Shown here piece after piece: positions 53,251 through 63,603 of a stretch of DNA of 64,000 bases; positions within the stretch are counted from its first letter, which is position 1, and every line of letters starts with the position of its first letter. A program made the translations under genes and the position numbers. Under the pieces are notes generated by a model. The model was not told where the DNA came from. It worked only from the letters and a program-made list of their open reading frames with translations, and did no database searches. Source of the DNA: a virus (lineage: Duplodnaviria; Caudoviricetes); IMG/VR virus record IMGVR_UViG_3300005673_000131, positions 78-64,077 of that record. The stretch is one strand, 5' to 3'.

Positions 53251-54330
53251 ATGAGCATACATACCTATACGTTAACCGATCAACGGCGCCTCGGACGATT
53301 CGCCGGAGCCATTGTCGCGCACGCACAGCCAGAAGAGCGGTTGGCTCGGCAGGGTCGGCAGATCACGCGCACCTTACCGATGAACGAAGGCGACACCTAC
53401 GTTGGCCGTCGATTCCTCCCGTATGGCGCCCTCTCGACCAACTTCAACACCATGAACCAGTTCTTTGCGAACGGGACTGGGGACCGGAGCGCAGCCGTCG
53501 TGACGGCGCATCAGGTCGCAGACGGACAAACTCCGCTGCCTGACAGCCTCACGCCGATGGACATGGAAGTCACCATCCATGAGTACGCCTGTCTGTACGG
53601 CTTCACCAACCGGACGGCGGATCTCTATGAGGATGACATTCCGGCCCAGATGAAGATCCAGATTGGCGAACGGACCACGTTCGTCAATGAGCAAATCCTG
53701 TATGGCTACCTGAAGGCCTGCACCAACCAGTATTACGGCGGGACCGGCACGTCGATTTCCACGGTCAACGGGGCCATCAGTCTCGGCATGTTGCGCCGGA
53801 TCACGCGCAACCTGAGCGCCAACCATGCGCGACCGGTTACCAAGATGCTCGGCGCGGGCTCGGGCTTCAATACCGCCTCCGTGATGGCCGGGTGGTTTGT
53901 GTATGTGCACAGCGATGCCGCCTCGGACATCCGCGACCTTCCGAACTTCATCGATGCGAAGGATTACGCCTCGGGGACACCGGTCCCAGGCGAAATCGGC
54001 GCGGTCGAAGAGTTCCGCTTCATCATGCATCCGGATTTGCCCTCTCGGCAGGATGCGGGAGCGGCCGTTGGCTCAACCAATCTCGCGAGCACGTCAGGCT
54101 CCAACATCGACGTGCACCAGTTCATCGTGTGTGCCCAGGACGCCTGGAGCCAGATTGCCTTACGCGGTCGCAACTCCGTGGAGGCCACCTTCTTGCCGGT
54201 GGGCCAGAAGACCAAGGCCGATCCCTTTGGCCAGCGCGGCTATGCCGGCGCCAAGTGGTGGAAGGCGGTCCTGATCGAGAATAACGGATGGATGGCCGTC
54301 GGCAACATCGGGGTAAAAAACCTGAGCTAA
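53251..54330 (+). CDS. Major capsid protein, N4-gp56 family
   Basis: LPMNEGDT..RRF, G.P..GEIGAVEEFRFI, KADPFGQRGYAGAKWW. Confidence 0.9.
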   Translation: MSIHTYTLTDQRRLGRFAGAIVAHAQPEERLARQGRQITRTLPMNEGDTYVGRRFLPYGALSTNFNTMNQFFANGTGDRSAAVVTAHQVADGQTPLPDSLTPMDMEVTIHEYACLYGFTNRTADLYEDDIPAQMKIQIGERTTFVNEQILYGYLKACTNQYYGGTGTSISTVNGAISLGMLRRITRNLSANHARPVTKMLGAGSGFNTASVMAGWFVYVHSDAASDIRDLPNFIDAKDYASGTPVPGEIGAVEEFRFIMHPDLPSRQDAGAAVGSTNLASTSGSNIDVHQFIVCAQDAWSQIALRGRNSVEATFLPVGQKTKADPFGQRGYAGAKWWKAVLIENNGWMAVGNIGVKNLS

Positions 54331-54371
54331 GCCCGGTCCATCACTGACGTGACCGAAGAAGGAGACGAACG

Positions 54372-54884
54372 ATGATCGACACGATTTCGAAATGGTTGCT
54401 GGGGGTACCCGGTGATCGCTTGAAGGAATTCCTTCGGGCGATCCTGAATCCCATCGGTGACCGGATGTCTACACAATGCCTGACCTCGGCAGGTCTGGTG
54501 ATCAAGGCTGGTGGCGGCGTCCTCGCCAAAGCCGGCTCGATTACCTACCTGTCGGTGACGGGCAAGCTCGTCAAGCTGGCGGCAAATACTGATATGGCGG
54601 CCCTGTCGGGGACCGTCACGAATGCCAAATTCAACGTCTTTGCGTTCTTCGTCGATTCGGCGGGCACGCTCACGAGTGCGATGGGGACGGAAGGCGCGAG
54701 CCTCGCGGCCGTCGTCTTCCCCCCGTTTCCCGTGAACAAGGCGTTGGTGGGCTTCGTGATCATCAACCCGACGGGGACCGGCAATTTTGTCGGCGGAACT
54801 ACGGCGCTCGATGATGCGACCGTGGCGCCGAATGCCGCCTACGTCAACGCAATTGGCCCTTTTGATCCGACGATTCTGCTGTAA
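54372..54884 (+). CDS. Head decoration/accessory protein
   Basis: Follows the capsid gene; AAGGAG RBS; small beta-rich; no signal peptide. Confidence 0.6.
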   Translation: MIDTISKWLLGVPGDRLKEFLRAILNPIGDRMSTQCLTSAGLVIKAGGGVLAKAGSITYLSVTGKLVKLAANTDMAALSGTVTNAKFNVFAFFVDSAGTLTSAMGTEGASLAAVVFPPFPVNKALVGFVIINPTGTGNFVGGTTALDDATVAPNAAYVNAIGPFDPTILL

Positions 54885-54917
54885 CCCACGGCAGACCGTA
54901 AGGAAGGAGACGACACG

Positions 54918-55400
54918 ATGGATTACTTAGCGCAAGTCCCCTTGACGCTGGCTCTCGGTAACTGCGCCCTCGCAGCCGGGACCACGACCACCATCAGCAC
55001 GACCGGCACGCTGCCGTTTGCCATCAAGGGCAAGGCCTATTCCAAGTCCGCCATCACCAACGGTGCCACGCCGACGACCGATGCGGCTAAAGGGTCAGCC
55101 TTCCGGCCGATCTCGGCCAACCGGGGCACAATTGTCGTGATCGGTCTGGATAAGGACGGGAACGTCAAGGCGTGCCAGGGCAGCATTGAGCCCTTGGATG
55201 CGGCCGGATTGTTTATGCGCGCGCCGGAGTTGCCCAGCATCCCCGATACCATGTGCCCCATTGGGTACATCGTGCTCAAGGGGGGATCAACCCTGAGCGG
55301 CACCTGGACTTTCGGGACAAACAACCTGAGTTCTGTCACCGGCATGACCTACACCTTCGTGTCCCTGGTCACGCTGCCGGAGCGTCCGCAGATCTCGTAA
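54918..55400 (+). CDS. Head decoration/accessory protein (likely paralog of previous)
   Basis: Similar size and composition; AAGGAG RBS; no signal peptide. Confidence 0.6.
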   Translation: MDYLAQVPLTLALGNCALAAGTTTTISTTGTLPFAIKGKAYSKSAITNGATPTTDAAKGSAFRPISANRGTIVVIGLDKDGNVKACQGSIEPLDAAGLFMRAPELPSIPDTMCPIGYIVLKGGSTLSGTWTFGTNNLSSVTGMTYTFVSLVTLPERPQIS

Positions 55401-55422
55401 TCGCCGCCCGCGCGGCATCGCA

Positions 55423-55446
55423 GGGGGCTCGTTTCGGCGGGCCCCC
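55423..55446 (+). terminator. GC-rich hairpin after the head genes, without U-tract
   Basis: GGGGGCTCG-TTTCGG-CGGGCCCCC. Confidence 0.35.
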
Positions 55447-55470
55447 TCCCCAATCACCTAGGAGGTTTCC

Positions 55471-55995
55471 ATGTCCGCCACAGCCACCCGGTCTCGGAGA
55501 GAAGTCGACAGCCGCAGCATTACGCCCGAACAACCGTCCGATGTGCATATGCCCGCTGATGGCGCGTTCACGCGGCCGGACGACTCCAAGATCGCGCTGC
55601 TGAACGGCGCGGAAGTCACCAAAGATTATTTCGATGAAGTGCAGTTCATGGAATCCCCGGTCACGGTTATCTTCCAGCCGTCCTCGCAGCAGTTTGCTCC
55701 GCCCTTTGTGGACTGTTTCTGTCAGGGCAAAGGCATTGAAGTGCTCATGGACAATCGATGGGTGGAGTGGAAGCAAGTTCCGGTCGGCGAGTCTATCACC
55801 GTCAAGCGGAAGTACCTCGACATCATCGGCCGCGCGAAAGAGACCATCCTCAAAACCAAGGTGGTGACGGAGGCCAACAAGGACCCACAGAACGCCATCA
55901 CGCGCACGGTCGTCCTCAAGCATCCGTTTTCGGTGCAGCACGATCCGCATCCGCGCGGCGCGAAATGGCTCATGGAACTCTTGTCGGCGCGCTAA
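55471..55995 (+). CDS. Hypothetical structural-region protein
   Basis: GGAGG RBS; ends HPFSVQHDPHPRGAKWL. Confidence 0.65.
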   Translation: MSATATRSRREVDSRSITPEQPSDVHMPADGAFTRPDDSKIALLNGAEVTKDYFDEVQFMESPVTVIFQPSSQQFAPPFVDCFCQGKGIEVLMDNRWVEWKQVPVGESITVKRKYLDIIGRAKETILKTKVVTEANKDPQNAITRTVVLKHPFSVQHDPHPRGAKWLMELLSAR

Positions 55996-56007
55996 CCCAA
56001 GGGACGC

Positions 56008-56700
56008 ATGACCTTTCTCGAACTCGTCCAGCGATTGAAGCAGGACTGTAGCGTCTCTGGGACGGGCCCCATCACGACGCTCAATCAAGTGGGCGATTTC
56101 AAGCGCTTGGTCGATTATGTCGTCCAAGCCTGGATCGACATTCAATCGCTGCATCAAGACTGGAAGTTCCTGCGCCTCCCGGCGACTTGGACGTCGATCG
56201 ATGGCCAGGCCAGCTACACGACAGCCCAGTGCGGCATTTCGGCGGGCACGTTCAGCCGGTGGGTGCCGGAATGGAACAACCTCCGCGGCTATCTCACATC
56301 TGTCGGCACGCCCGGCGAGTTCTACATCAACGAGATTCCCTACGAGTCCTGCAAGTCCTTGTGGGGCTACAACACCAATCGGGATGTGAAGGCCCAGCCG
56401 TCGCAATACGCCATCGCGCCAGATAACTCCATCACCTTCGGTCCGAAGCCTCCAGCTGGCTATACGTTCGTGGCTGATTACTATCGGTCGCCAGTAACCC
56501 TTTCGGCCAATGCCGATGTGCCGGCGCTCCCTCCGGCGCATAGCCCGCTCATCATCATGTATCGGGCCATGATGACATTTGGCGTCACGAAGGCGGCGCC
56601 TGAGCTGTATACGCTCGGCTCACAGGAATACAAGCGGCGGCTCGCACTCTTACGGCAAGACCAATTGCCGGCCATCCGCCAAGCAGGAGCCCTCGCCTAA
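56008..56700 (+). CDS. Head-tail adaptor
   Basis: MTFLELVQRLKQDC...AWIDIQSLHQDWKFL; position before the nozzle. Confidence 0.75.
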   Translation: MTFLELVQRLKQDCSVSGTGPITTLNQVGDFKRLVDYVVQAWIDIQSLHQDWKFLRLPATWTSIDGQASYTTAQCGISAGTFSRWVPEWNNLRGYLTSVGTPGEFYINEIPYESCKSLWGYNTNRDVKAQPSQYAIAPDNSITFGPKPPAGYTFVADYYRSPVTLSANADVPALPPAHSPLIIMYRAMMTFGVTKAAPELYTLGSQEYKRRLALLRQDQLPAIRQAGALA

Positions 56701-58772
56701 TGGCACCCACTCCCACCATGCCGATGCCGGTGATCAAGGATGATGTCACCACGTTGAAGGGCGGCCTCGATCAGCTGACGCCGACGCTGGCGCTCGGGCC
56801 TGGATTCTGCCGGGAAGCGGTCAATTTCGAATGCGCGGCCACAGGGGGCTACTCGCGTGTCGGAGGCTATGAGCGTTACGACGGACGGCCCAGTCCATCC
56901 GGTGGGGTCTATGCCATCGTCCAGATTTCGAGCTTCGTCAACACGCCGACGGCTGGGCAAACCCTGACCGGAGCGACCTCCTCGGCAACCGGGACTATTC
57001 TCGAACTGGGCGACAACTATCTCGTGGTCATGCCGCTGACGGGCACGTTCGACGAGGGGGAAATCGTCTCGGTCGGCATGACGATGATCGGACTGACGGT
57101 GGCACTCTCCGTCTCTGTGACGACCGAACAGCAAGCCCAATATCTCAATCTCGCGGCTGATGTCTTGCGCTCCAACATCCAGCCGGTACCGGGGTCTGGG
57201 CCCATCCGCGGGGTGGTCTCGCACTTCCTGGCCGGCGTCTACAACATCTACGCCTTCCGCGACAATGCCGGAGGCACGGCCTGCAATATGTTCCGCGCGA
57301 CCTCCTCCAGCTGGTCGCAAATGACCCTCTTCAACGAGGTGGAATTCTCGGCGGGAGGACCATCGATCCCGGCCGATGGCGACACCCTCACACAAGGCGG
57401 CAATACCGCCATCGTCAAGCGCGCAGTGCTCGAGTCGGGAACCTGGGCGAGTTCAACGGCAGCCGGACGCTTGATCGTCACCACGCCTACCCCTGGCAAC
57501 TTTACCGCGGGCGCCGCCACCATCGGCGCGATTCCGGTCACGCTCGGCGGGGCGCAGACGGCCATCACGTTGGCGCCTGGCGGACAGTACGAGTTCGACC
57601 TCGGCAACTTCTCTGGGCAACTCTCGACGCGTCGGATCTATGGGGCGGATGGCATCAATCGGTGCTTTGAGTGGGATGGCTTCGTGTTTGTGCCGATTCG
57701 CACCGGTGCCGCCGTCGATACCCCGAAACACATCCGCGTCCATCACAACCATCTGATCATCTCAATCGGTAGCTCCATCATGGGGTCCGGTATCGGAACG
57801 CCCTACAACTGGACGGCCCTCGCGGGGGCGTTCGAGAAGGCGACCGGCGACACGATCACGAACATGCTCGTCCAGCCTGGCGACCAGGACAATGCCACCC
57901 TCGCGATCTGGGGGCGCAACAGCACTGGGATGCTGTATGGCACGAGCACAAGCAATTTCAAGTATGTGGACTATGCAAGGGCCTCTGGCGGTATCGACTA
58001 CATGGCCCAGAACCTCGATCAGAGCTATGTGCTCGATGATCGCGGCGTGGTGGCCCTTCGGACGGCCCAGGAATTCGGCAACTTTGCCGACGCCACACTC
58101 ACGCGCAACATTCAGCGGTTCATCGAAGAGAAGCGGTCGCTGGCGGTGTGCTCGGCCATCAACAAGGACAAGTCGCAATATCGGGCCTTCTTTTCCGATG
58201 GCAGCGCGCTCTATGTCACGCTCGTCAACGGCAAACTCATTGGCTCCATGCCGCAGCGCTTCGCGCATCCCTTCTCCTGCGTGTGGAATGGCGAGCATAC
58301 CAATGGTTCCGACATTTCCTTCGCCGGGGCGGCGGAAGATGGCTACGTCTACCAACTCGATATTGGGGCTTCGTTCGACGGCGAGCCGATCGATGCCTCC
58401 CTCACACTCAATTGGAATTTCGTGAAGAGTCCGCGGTGGGAGAAGCGCTACCATGGCGCCAGCATTGAAATCCAAGGACTGTTCTATTCGCTGATTCAGA
58501 TCGGCTACTTGCTCGGGTACAACTCCGAGGAGATTCCGCAACCCACGCCGGCTGACTACGAAAGCGATATTGGCGGATCGGGCCATTGGGATGACGCCTT
58601 CTGGGATGCGTTCTCTTGGGATGGCCGCACGCTCTCGCCGACCGAAGTGCCACTCGATGGGCGCGCGGAGAACATTCAATTCACGCTCGCCTCCAGCTCT
58701 GACTATATCTACCCCTACACCATTAACAGTCTGATCCTTTCGTATTCCATGGGGAGGCGCGTTCGCCGATGA
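56700..58772 (+). CDS. Tail nozzle/tubular protein (beta-propeller, P22 gp10-like position)
   Basis: LKGGLDQLTP...GGYSRVGGYERYDG; beta-rich 690 aa; no signal peptide. Confidence 0.75.
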   Translation: MAPTPTMPMPVIKDDVTTLKGGLDQLTPTLALGPGFCREAVNFECAATGGYSRVGGYERYDGRPSPSGGVYAIVQISSFVNTPTAGQTLTGATSSATGTILELGDNYLVVMPLTGTFDEGEIVSVGMTMIGLTVALSVSVTTEQQAQYLNLAADVLRSNIQPVPGSGPIRGVVSHFLAGVYNIYAFRDNAGGTACNMFRATSSSWSQMTLFNEVEFSAGGPSIPADGDTLTQGGNTAIVKRAVLESGTWASSTAAGRLIVTTPTPGNFTAGAATIGAIPVTLGGAQTAITLAPGGQYEFDLGNFSGQLSTRRIYGADGINRCFEWDGFVFVPIRTGAAVDTPKHIRVHHNHLIISIGSSIMGSGIGTPYNWTALAGAFEKATGDTITNMLVQPGDQDNATLAIWGRNSTGMLYGTSTSNFKYVDYARASGGIDYMAQNLDQSYVLDDRGVVALRTAQEFGNFADATLTRNIQRFIEEKRSLAVCSAINKDKSQYRAFFSDGSALYVTLVNGKLIGSMPQRFAHPFSCVWNGEHTNGSDISFAGAAEDGYVYQLDIGASFDGEPIDASLTLNWNFVKSPRWEKRYHGASIEIQGLFYSLIQIGYLLGYNSEEIPQPTPADYESDIGGSGHWDDAFWDAFSWDGRTLSPTEVPLDGRAENIQFTLASSSDYIYPYTINSLILSYSMGRRVRR

Positions 58773-60205
58773 CACGTCTAGTCCTGCTGATTGTGATGGC
58801 CCTCGCGATACATGCGCCGGCCTGGGCGAACGATTTCTACAATCATGGCAGCTTCCCGGCTCCTGGGAGTCCGGCCACGTCGGCCGGTATGCGCGCCGAA
58901 TTCGACCTGATTACGGCGGGATTCGATAAGCTGCCGGCCCTCTCCGGCAATGCCAACAAGCTCGTGGTGATCAACGGCGCCGGGAGTGGGATGACCACGA
59001 CGGCAGGCACCATTAGCGTGCCCGTGGCATTGTCTCTCAATGGATCGTATGCGGCCACACTGAATCTGACCGGCACGACCACGCTCACGCTCCCAGAATC
59101 CGGCACGGTCTCCACGTTGGCCGGCACAGAAACGCTCTCAAACAAGACCATCTCGGCGCCAACCATTACGGGCTCAGCGACCTTTTCGAGCGCCGGGCCA
59201 CACTCCATCGGTGCCTCAAATAGCACGCAGAGCCAGCTGTATCTGGCGGGCACCTTTGCGCCTGGCGGGAGTTCCTGGGGTGCGGCCCTGAACGTGCGTA
59301 CCGCCATTACCGGACAGGCCGGGCAGGATGCCTCAGGAGTGGTGATCTGGCCGGCGTTCACGGAGGCCGGGAGCGGCACGCATGGATGGGTGACGTCGTC
59401 AGAGATTAGCCCGCCGACGATTACCGGAGGGGCGGCCACCATCACGAACGCGGCCACACTCCGCATTACCGGTACGCCGACCGAAGGCGCCAACAACTAT
59501 GCGCTCTATGTGTCCAGCGGGACGGCTCGATTTGACGGGGGCAATTTAACAATCGGCGTCGGCAGCACGGGCGGCGTGAATCCCTACCTCAAGCTGAATG
59601 ACGGTACATCCGACAGCTTCGTGCAGGTCGTCTCCGGCAATATGAATCTGAACACGCTCAACCATGTGTCGTTCTCGCCTGGGTTGAGCGAAAAGGCGCG
59701 CATCACCAGTGACGGCATCATGCTGGTGGGCTCGACGGATGCCACGACCTTGACGGCTGGAGGACTGGGCCTGCTGGGCGGCATGCGGCTCGCGGAGATA
59801 TCTGATCCCACAGCGCCTACCACCAATCATCTCATGCTCTACGCGCGGGACGATGGCTCAGGCAATACCGTCTTGGCCGTGCGCTTTCCGACCGGCAACC
59901 CCATCACGATTGCACGCGAGAACGTCGGTGTCATTCCTCCTGGAACGGTCCATTTCTGGGGCGGTGGTGCGGCGCCATCAGGCTGGTTGCTGACGGATGG
60001 GAGCAATGTAAGCAGAACGACGTATTCAGCATTGTTCAGCGCGATCGGGACGACATTCGGAAGCGGAGACGGAAGTACAACATTCGGACTTCCGAACCTC
60101 GCAAACTACGCGACCAACGTCAAGGGCATGATCAAGTGCAAGGCCAAGAAGGCTTTCCCCTGGCGCACGATTGACCAACCGGACTCATTGAGGAGGGCGG
60201 CTTAA
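58769..60205 (+). CDS. Tail fibre with tail-collar domain and an N-terminal signal peptide
   Basis: MTRLVLLIVMALAIHAPAWA|NDFY...MRAEFDLITAGFDKLP; C-terminal PPGTV..WGGGAAPSGWLLTDGSNVSRTTYSALFSAIGTTFGSGDGSTTFGLPNL collar. Confidence 0.85.
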   Translation: MTRLVLLIVMALAIHAPAWANDFYNHGSFPAPGSPATSAGMRAEFDLITAGFDKLPALSGNANKLVVINGAGSGMTTTAGTISVPVALSLNGSYAATLNLTGTTTLTLPESGTVSTLAGTETLSNKTISAPTITGSATFSSAGPHSIGASNSTQSQLYLAGTFAPGGSSWGAALNVRTAITGQAGQDASGVVIWPAFTEAGSGTHGWVTSSEISPPTITGGAATITNAATLRITGTPTEGANNYALYVSSGTARFDGGNLTIGVGSTGGVNPYLKLNDGTSDSFVQVVSGNMNLNTLNHVSFSPGLSEKARITSDGIMLVGSTDATTLTAGGLGLLGGMRLAEISDPTAPTTNHLMLYARDDGSGNTVLAVRFPTGNPITIARENVGVIPPGTVHFWGGGAAPSGWLLTDGSNVSRTTYSALFSAIGTTFGSGDGSTTFGLPNLANYATNVKGMIKCKAKKAFPWRTIDQPDSLRRAA

Positions 60206-60678
60206 TGCGACGTCTACTGCGAGGAATTCTGACGCTGGCCCTGCTCTGGGCGACTGTGCCTGCGTATGCGGCAAACGATCTGACGCTCGATCAGGGGGAT
60301 GGAACATTCCAGAAGCTGGGCGGGGTCGGCGATCGCGCGAAGGTCGTAAGTTCCGGCGGCGCTGTCCAAACTCTCACCATTGCCTCTGGCGTGACCACGA
60401 ATACTACATCTTCGGCTGTCGCGGGGGTTACCGGCACTAAAACGATCTGGGGCGAAGTGGTGTGTTCCTCTGGGGCCTGTGCGCAGACGCAAGCCATCTA
60501 TGGGGCACGCGAGAATGGCGCAGCCAATGGCCTGCTTCTCTGTACACTCGCGCTCTCAGGAACCGCACGCGCTCAAGATGTCTGTACCGGAGTGACGGCG
60601 GATTATCCCTATCTGTATGTGATCACGACGAATACGTCTGGAACAGCGGCGGAGGGAGGGACCTATGTATTTCAATAA
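60205..60678 (+). CDS. Small beta-rich accessory protein with signal peptide
   Basis: MRRLLRGILTLALLWATVPAYA|A; four Cys. Confidence 0.7.
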   Translation: MRRLLRGILTLALLWATVPAYAANDLTLDQGDGTFQKLGGVGDRAKVVSSGGAVQTLTIASGVTTNTTSSAVAGVTGTKTIWGEVVCSSGACAQTQAIYGARENGAANGLLLCTLALSGTARAQDVCTGVTADYPYLYVITTNTSGTAAEGGTYVFQ

Positions 60679-61516
60679 AATAGCGCTAGCCGTATTGCTG
60701 ACGCTCTGCGTGTCACCCGCTTGGGCGGATGGCGTGACGACTTCTGCGGCTGGCAGTCCTTACGGGACGCTCGGGCAGAACCAAACGATTTTCACGGCCA
60801 GCGGCACTTTCGCGGTGCCTGCCAACATCAACAAGATTTGGGTGTCCGGTTGTGGCGCAGGCTCCGGTGGAGCAGGAGGCCATTCGGCTGACCCCGGTGG
60901 CGGGGGCGGCGGCGGCGCGCCAGGTATTGCAGTCTCGAATGCACTGATCCAAGTGGCGCCAAGCTCAACGCTAACGATTACGATCGGCACAGCCGGAGTG
61001 GGGGGTGCTGCGGGATCTGCTGGTGGTGGAGTGAACACCGATACCACCATTGCGGGTCTTCCGATCGGTACGTATACGCTGGGTGGACAAACGAGTGCGG
61101 CCGGTGTGGGCACGGTAACGAACGGTGGGTCGGGGGGACGGAATCGAGATTCCTTAGCGACAAGCGGCGGCTCGGGTGCCGGGACGGCGAGTACCGCCGT
61201 TGCGTCCAAGACATCCGGTGGGGATGCGCTCTGGACGGTATCGGGGGGCGCGGGAGGAGGAGCGACCGGGCCTGGGGCGGGAGGGGCCTCATCGCCTACT
61301 GGTAACTATCACACGTCCAACATCGCTGGTGGAGCAGCAAGCGGCACAAAAGGCGGCGGTGGGGCCGGTGGGTCGTCCCCGTTTGGATCTGGTGGCGCTG
61401 GCGGCACGAACAGTATAGGGTCAAATGCGACAGGATATTGCAGTGGTGGCGGCGGCGGGGCAGCGACGTTTGCGGGCGGCGATGGGTCAGGCGGGTATTT
61501 GGTGATTCGGTACTAA
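60665..61516 (+). CDS. Glycine-rich tail-fibre-type protein with signal peptide
   Basis: MYFNKIALAVLLTLCVSPAWA|D; FTASGTFAVPANINKIWVSGCGAGSGG...GGDGSGGYLVIRY Gly-rich domain. Confidence 0.8.
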   Translation: MYFNKIALAVLLTLCVSPAWADGVTTSAAGSPYGTLGQNQTIFTASGTFAVPANINKIWVSGCGAGSGGAGGHSADPGGGGGGGAPGIAVSNALIQVAPSSTLTITIGTAGVGGAAGSAGGGVNTDTTIAGLPIGTYTLGGQTSAAGVGTVTNGGSGGRNRDSLATSGGSGAGTASTAVASKTSGGDALWTVSGGAGGGATGPGAGGASSPTGNYHTSNIAGGAASGTKGGGGAGGSSPFGSGGAGGTNSIGSNATGYCSGGGGGAATFAGGDGSGGYLVIRY

Positions 61517-63057
61517 TGCGTTACCTTAGCGTGCTCATCATCTTTCTGTGCAGTGTGTCGACCGGCTGGGCCATGGGCGATCAGGAAGTGCTGTATGTGC
61601 GCCCGGTGGGAGCCTGTTCATTTAGTGGGAATGGGACGGCCTACGGTTGCGCCGCGTCGACGAATGCTGCGGGAGCCTTCATTGGGCTGAATAAGCCCCT
61701 ATGGTCGGCGACAGACGCGCAAGTTGGCAAGATAGACCCGAATGACATCCTCTATGTCTGTGGGACGCATGATGCGTCCAACGCCTCATTTCGACTCGCC
61801 CCCACGACGGATGGGAATGCGACAGATGGACATATCATTCTGGACGGCGCGTGCCCAAATGATCCTGGCGTGATTGACGGCAAAGGCGCTGGTGTTCGTT
61901 TGGTCCAGCTCGACACTCGGCATTACTTCTGGACGAGGAATCTCACGATTCAGAATGCCAGCGGGCAGGACTATGCCATGAGTATTTACTATGGCGGTTC
62001 GCGCATCGAGAATCGCTTTATGATTGTCGAGAATTGCCGATTCCTCAATAACGCGACCCTCTCTGTGATTGACTTCTGGGGGCATGAGCTGATTGTCACC
62101 GGGAACTATTTCGATGGGGCTGGCAGTGATGTGGTGCATATCGAGGGCGGAAAGAATGTCACCTATACAGACAACATTTGCATCAATTTTTCGCAAGTCG
62201 ACCATAACGGAGATTGCCTGCAATTCAACAGCACCATGCTGTCTGATACCGGCACCACCTTGATTCAACGGAATTACTGCAAGAAAGAAACAGACCTCAA
62301 GTACTGCTTCCTTGTTGGAGATCGTACCGGCTACACGGAGATTAGCGACAACTACACGGAATGTCCATTTGCCACAGCGAATCCGATTGGGTGTAGCCCC
62401 ATCCTCGTGGAAGGGAAGTCTGGGAACACAACCTTTCAGATTCGCGTGTGGCGAAACACGATCAAGTATGGGCATCGGTGTCTCACCTTATATGGCGGCA
62501 ACAACCCCAACGACCGACAGCAAGTGATCGGGAACGTGATCATCGGATGTGGGTCCATGGGGGTATGGGTCAACAGCGCGACCGATAACGTGCTCATTGC
62601 GAACAACACGATTGCGGAAAACGGCCTCTTGCACATCACGGCGCTGGGAGAACATGGCGTGTATATCGGCAAACAAAATTCCACTGCCGTCACCGTGATC
62701 AACAATCTGTTCTATGGAAATTATTCAGGGATCTTCTATACCGGTACTATTGGGGCCACGCCGACCTATAACGGCTATTACGGGCAGGTGGGGTTCAACA
62801 TCCACAGAGCCGGGACGGGCTCAATTGCCGTGGATGCGTCTGAGAAAACAGAAGATCCGAAACCGCTACCAAACGGAGCGAGGCCGTATCGTCTCGATGG
62901 CCCATCGCCGTTACGGAAAGGTGGGACGGCGGTGGACGAGTGCCTATCACGAGACGGTCAACTATGTAATAGCCCGCCAGATATCGGAGCGTATCAAGCG
63001 CATCATGGTGGAGTGGCGACTGGCGTTTCGACATACGCGGCAGGACCGAAACATTAA
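61516..63057 (+). CDS. Right-handed beta-helix tailspike/adhesin with signal peptide
   Basis: MRYLSVLIIFLCSVSTGWA|M; Asn-ladder repeats; C-terminal DIGAYQ. Confidence 0.8.
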   Translation: MRYLSVLIIFLCSVSTGWAMGDQEVLYVRPVGACSFSGNGTAYGCAASTNAAGAFIGLNKPLWSATDAQVGKIDPNDILYVCGTHDASNASFRLAPTTDGNATDGHIILDGACPNDPGVIDGKGAGVRLVQLDTRHYFWTRNLTIQNASGQDYAMSIYYGGSRIENRFMIVENCRFLNNATLSVIDFWGHELIVTGNYFDGAGSDVVHIEGGKNVTYTDNICINFSQVDHNGDCLQFNSTMLSDTGTTLIQRNYCKKETDLKYCFLVGDRTGYTEISDNYTECPFATANPIGCSPILVEGKSGNTTFQIRVWRNTIKYGHRCLTLYGGNNPNDRQQVIGNVIIGCGSMGVWVNSATDNVLIANNTIAENGLLHITALGEHGVYIGKQNSTAVTVINNLFYGNYSGIFYTGTIGATPTYNGYYGQVGFNIHRAGTGSIAVDASEKTEDPKPLPNGARPYRLDGPSPLRKGGTAVDECLSRDGQLCNSPPDIGAYQAHHGGVATGVSTYAAGPKH

Positions 63058-63102
63058 GGGAGTTGGAATTTCCGACAAACGACGAACCGGATAGGAGGAT
63101 CT

Positions 63103-63573
63103 ATGCAACGACTCATGACGCTCTTTGCAATGCTGGTGTTGGTGGTGATGACGGGCTGCATGATGCCCATGAAGACCAAGGTGACGAAGGACGGCTTTAC
63201 GGCTCGTCAAAAGACGACGGAGAGCCATAGGGCCATTGTTGAGGACTACGACGTCTATCGCACCGATTGCCGGTACGACCAACTCGCCAAAGATAAGGAT
63301 GGCGAATATTACTGTCCTGCTGACGCCAGCAAGGAAGGCTACAACAGCCACGTTCAACTCGCTCAGTACATGGAGTCCGTCTTGGACAAGTGGGGCCCTG
63401 AAGCGCTGAAAGCTGGCGTCTTCCTGGGAAGTGCTGGACTTATTCGTGATGGACTTCGCTCGCAAGCCGTGAGCCCCGGTGTGCAGCAGGGCGGGAACAG
63501 CATCAGCACGTTTGTCGCGTGTGGAAGCGGGAAGGCCTTTGACCAGATACAGGGCGCTCCAGGCTGCAAATAA
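63103..63573 (+). CDS. Lipoprotein
   Basis: MQRLMTLFAMLVLVVMTG|C; GGAGG RBS. Confidence 0.65.
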   Translation: MQRLMTLFAMLVLVVMTGCMMPMKTKVTKDGFTARQKTTESHRAIVEDYDVYRTDCRYDQLAKDKDGEYYCPADASKEGYNSHVQLAQYMESVLDKWGPEALKAGVFLGSAGLIRDGLRSQAVSPGVQQGGNSISTFVACGSGKAFDQIQGAPGCK

Positions 63574-63603
63574 TCGGTGTCACTGACCAATAAGGAGAAC
63601 GGC

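Noticed and set aside
54315-54347. In-phase A_AAA_AAC slippery heptamer at the end of the capsid gene
   Set aside because: The -1 frame stops at TGA 54345 after KPELSPVHH, so it cannot fuse to the next gene; no evidence of function
52095-58775. Long antisense ORFs (52095-53258, 52324-53262, 55369-56541, 57762-58775)
   Set aside because: Shadow frames opposite well-supported structural genes in GC-rich DNA, with no motifs or RBS
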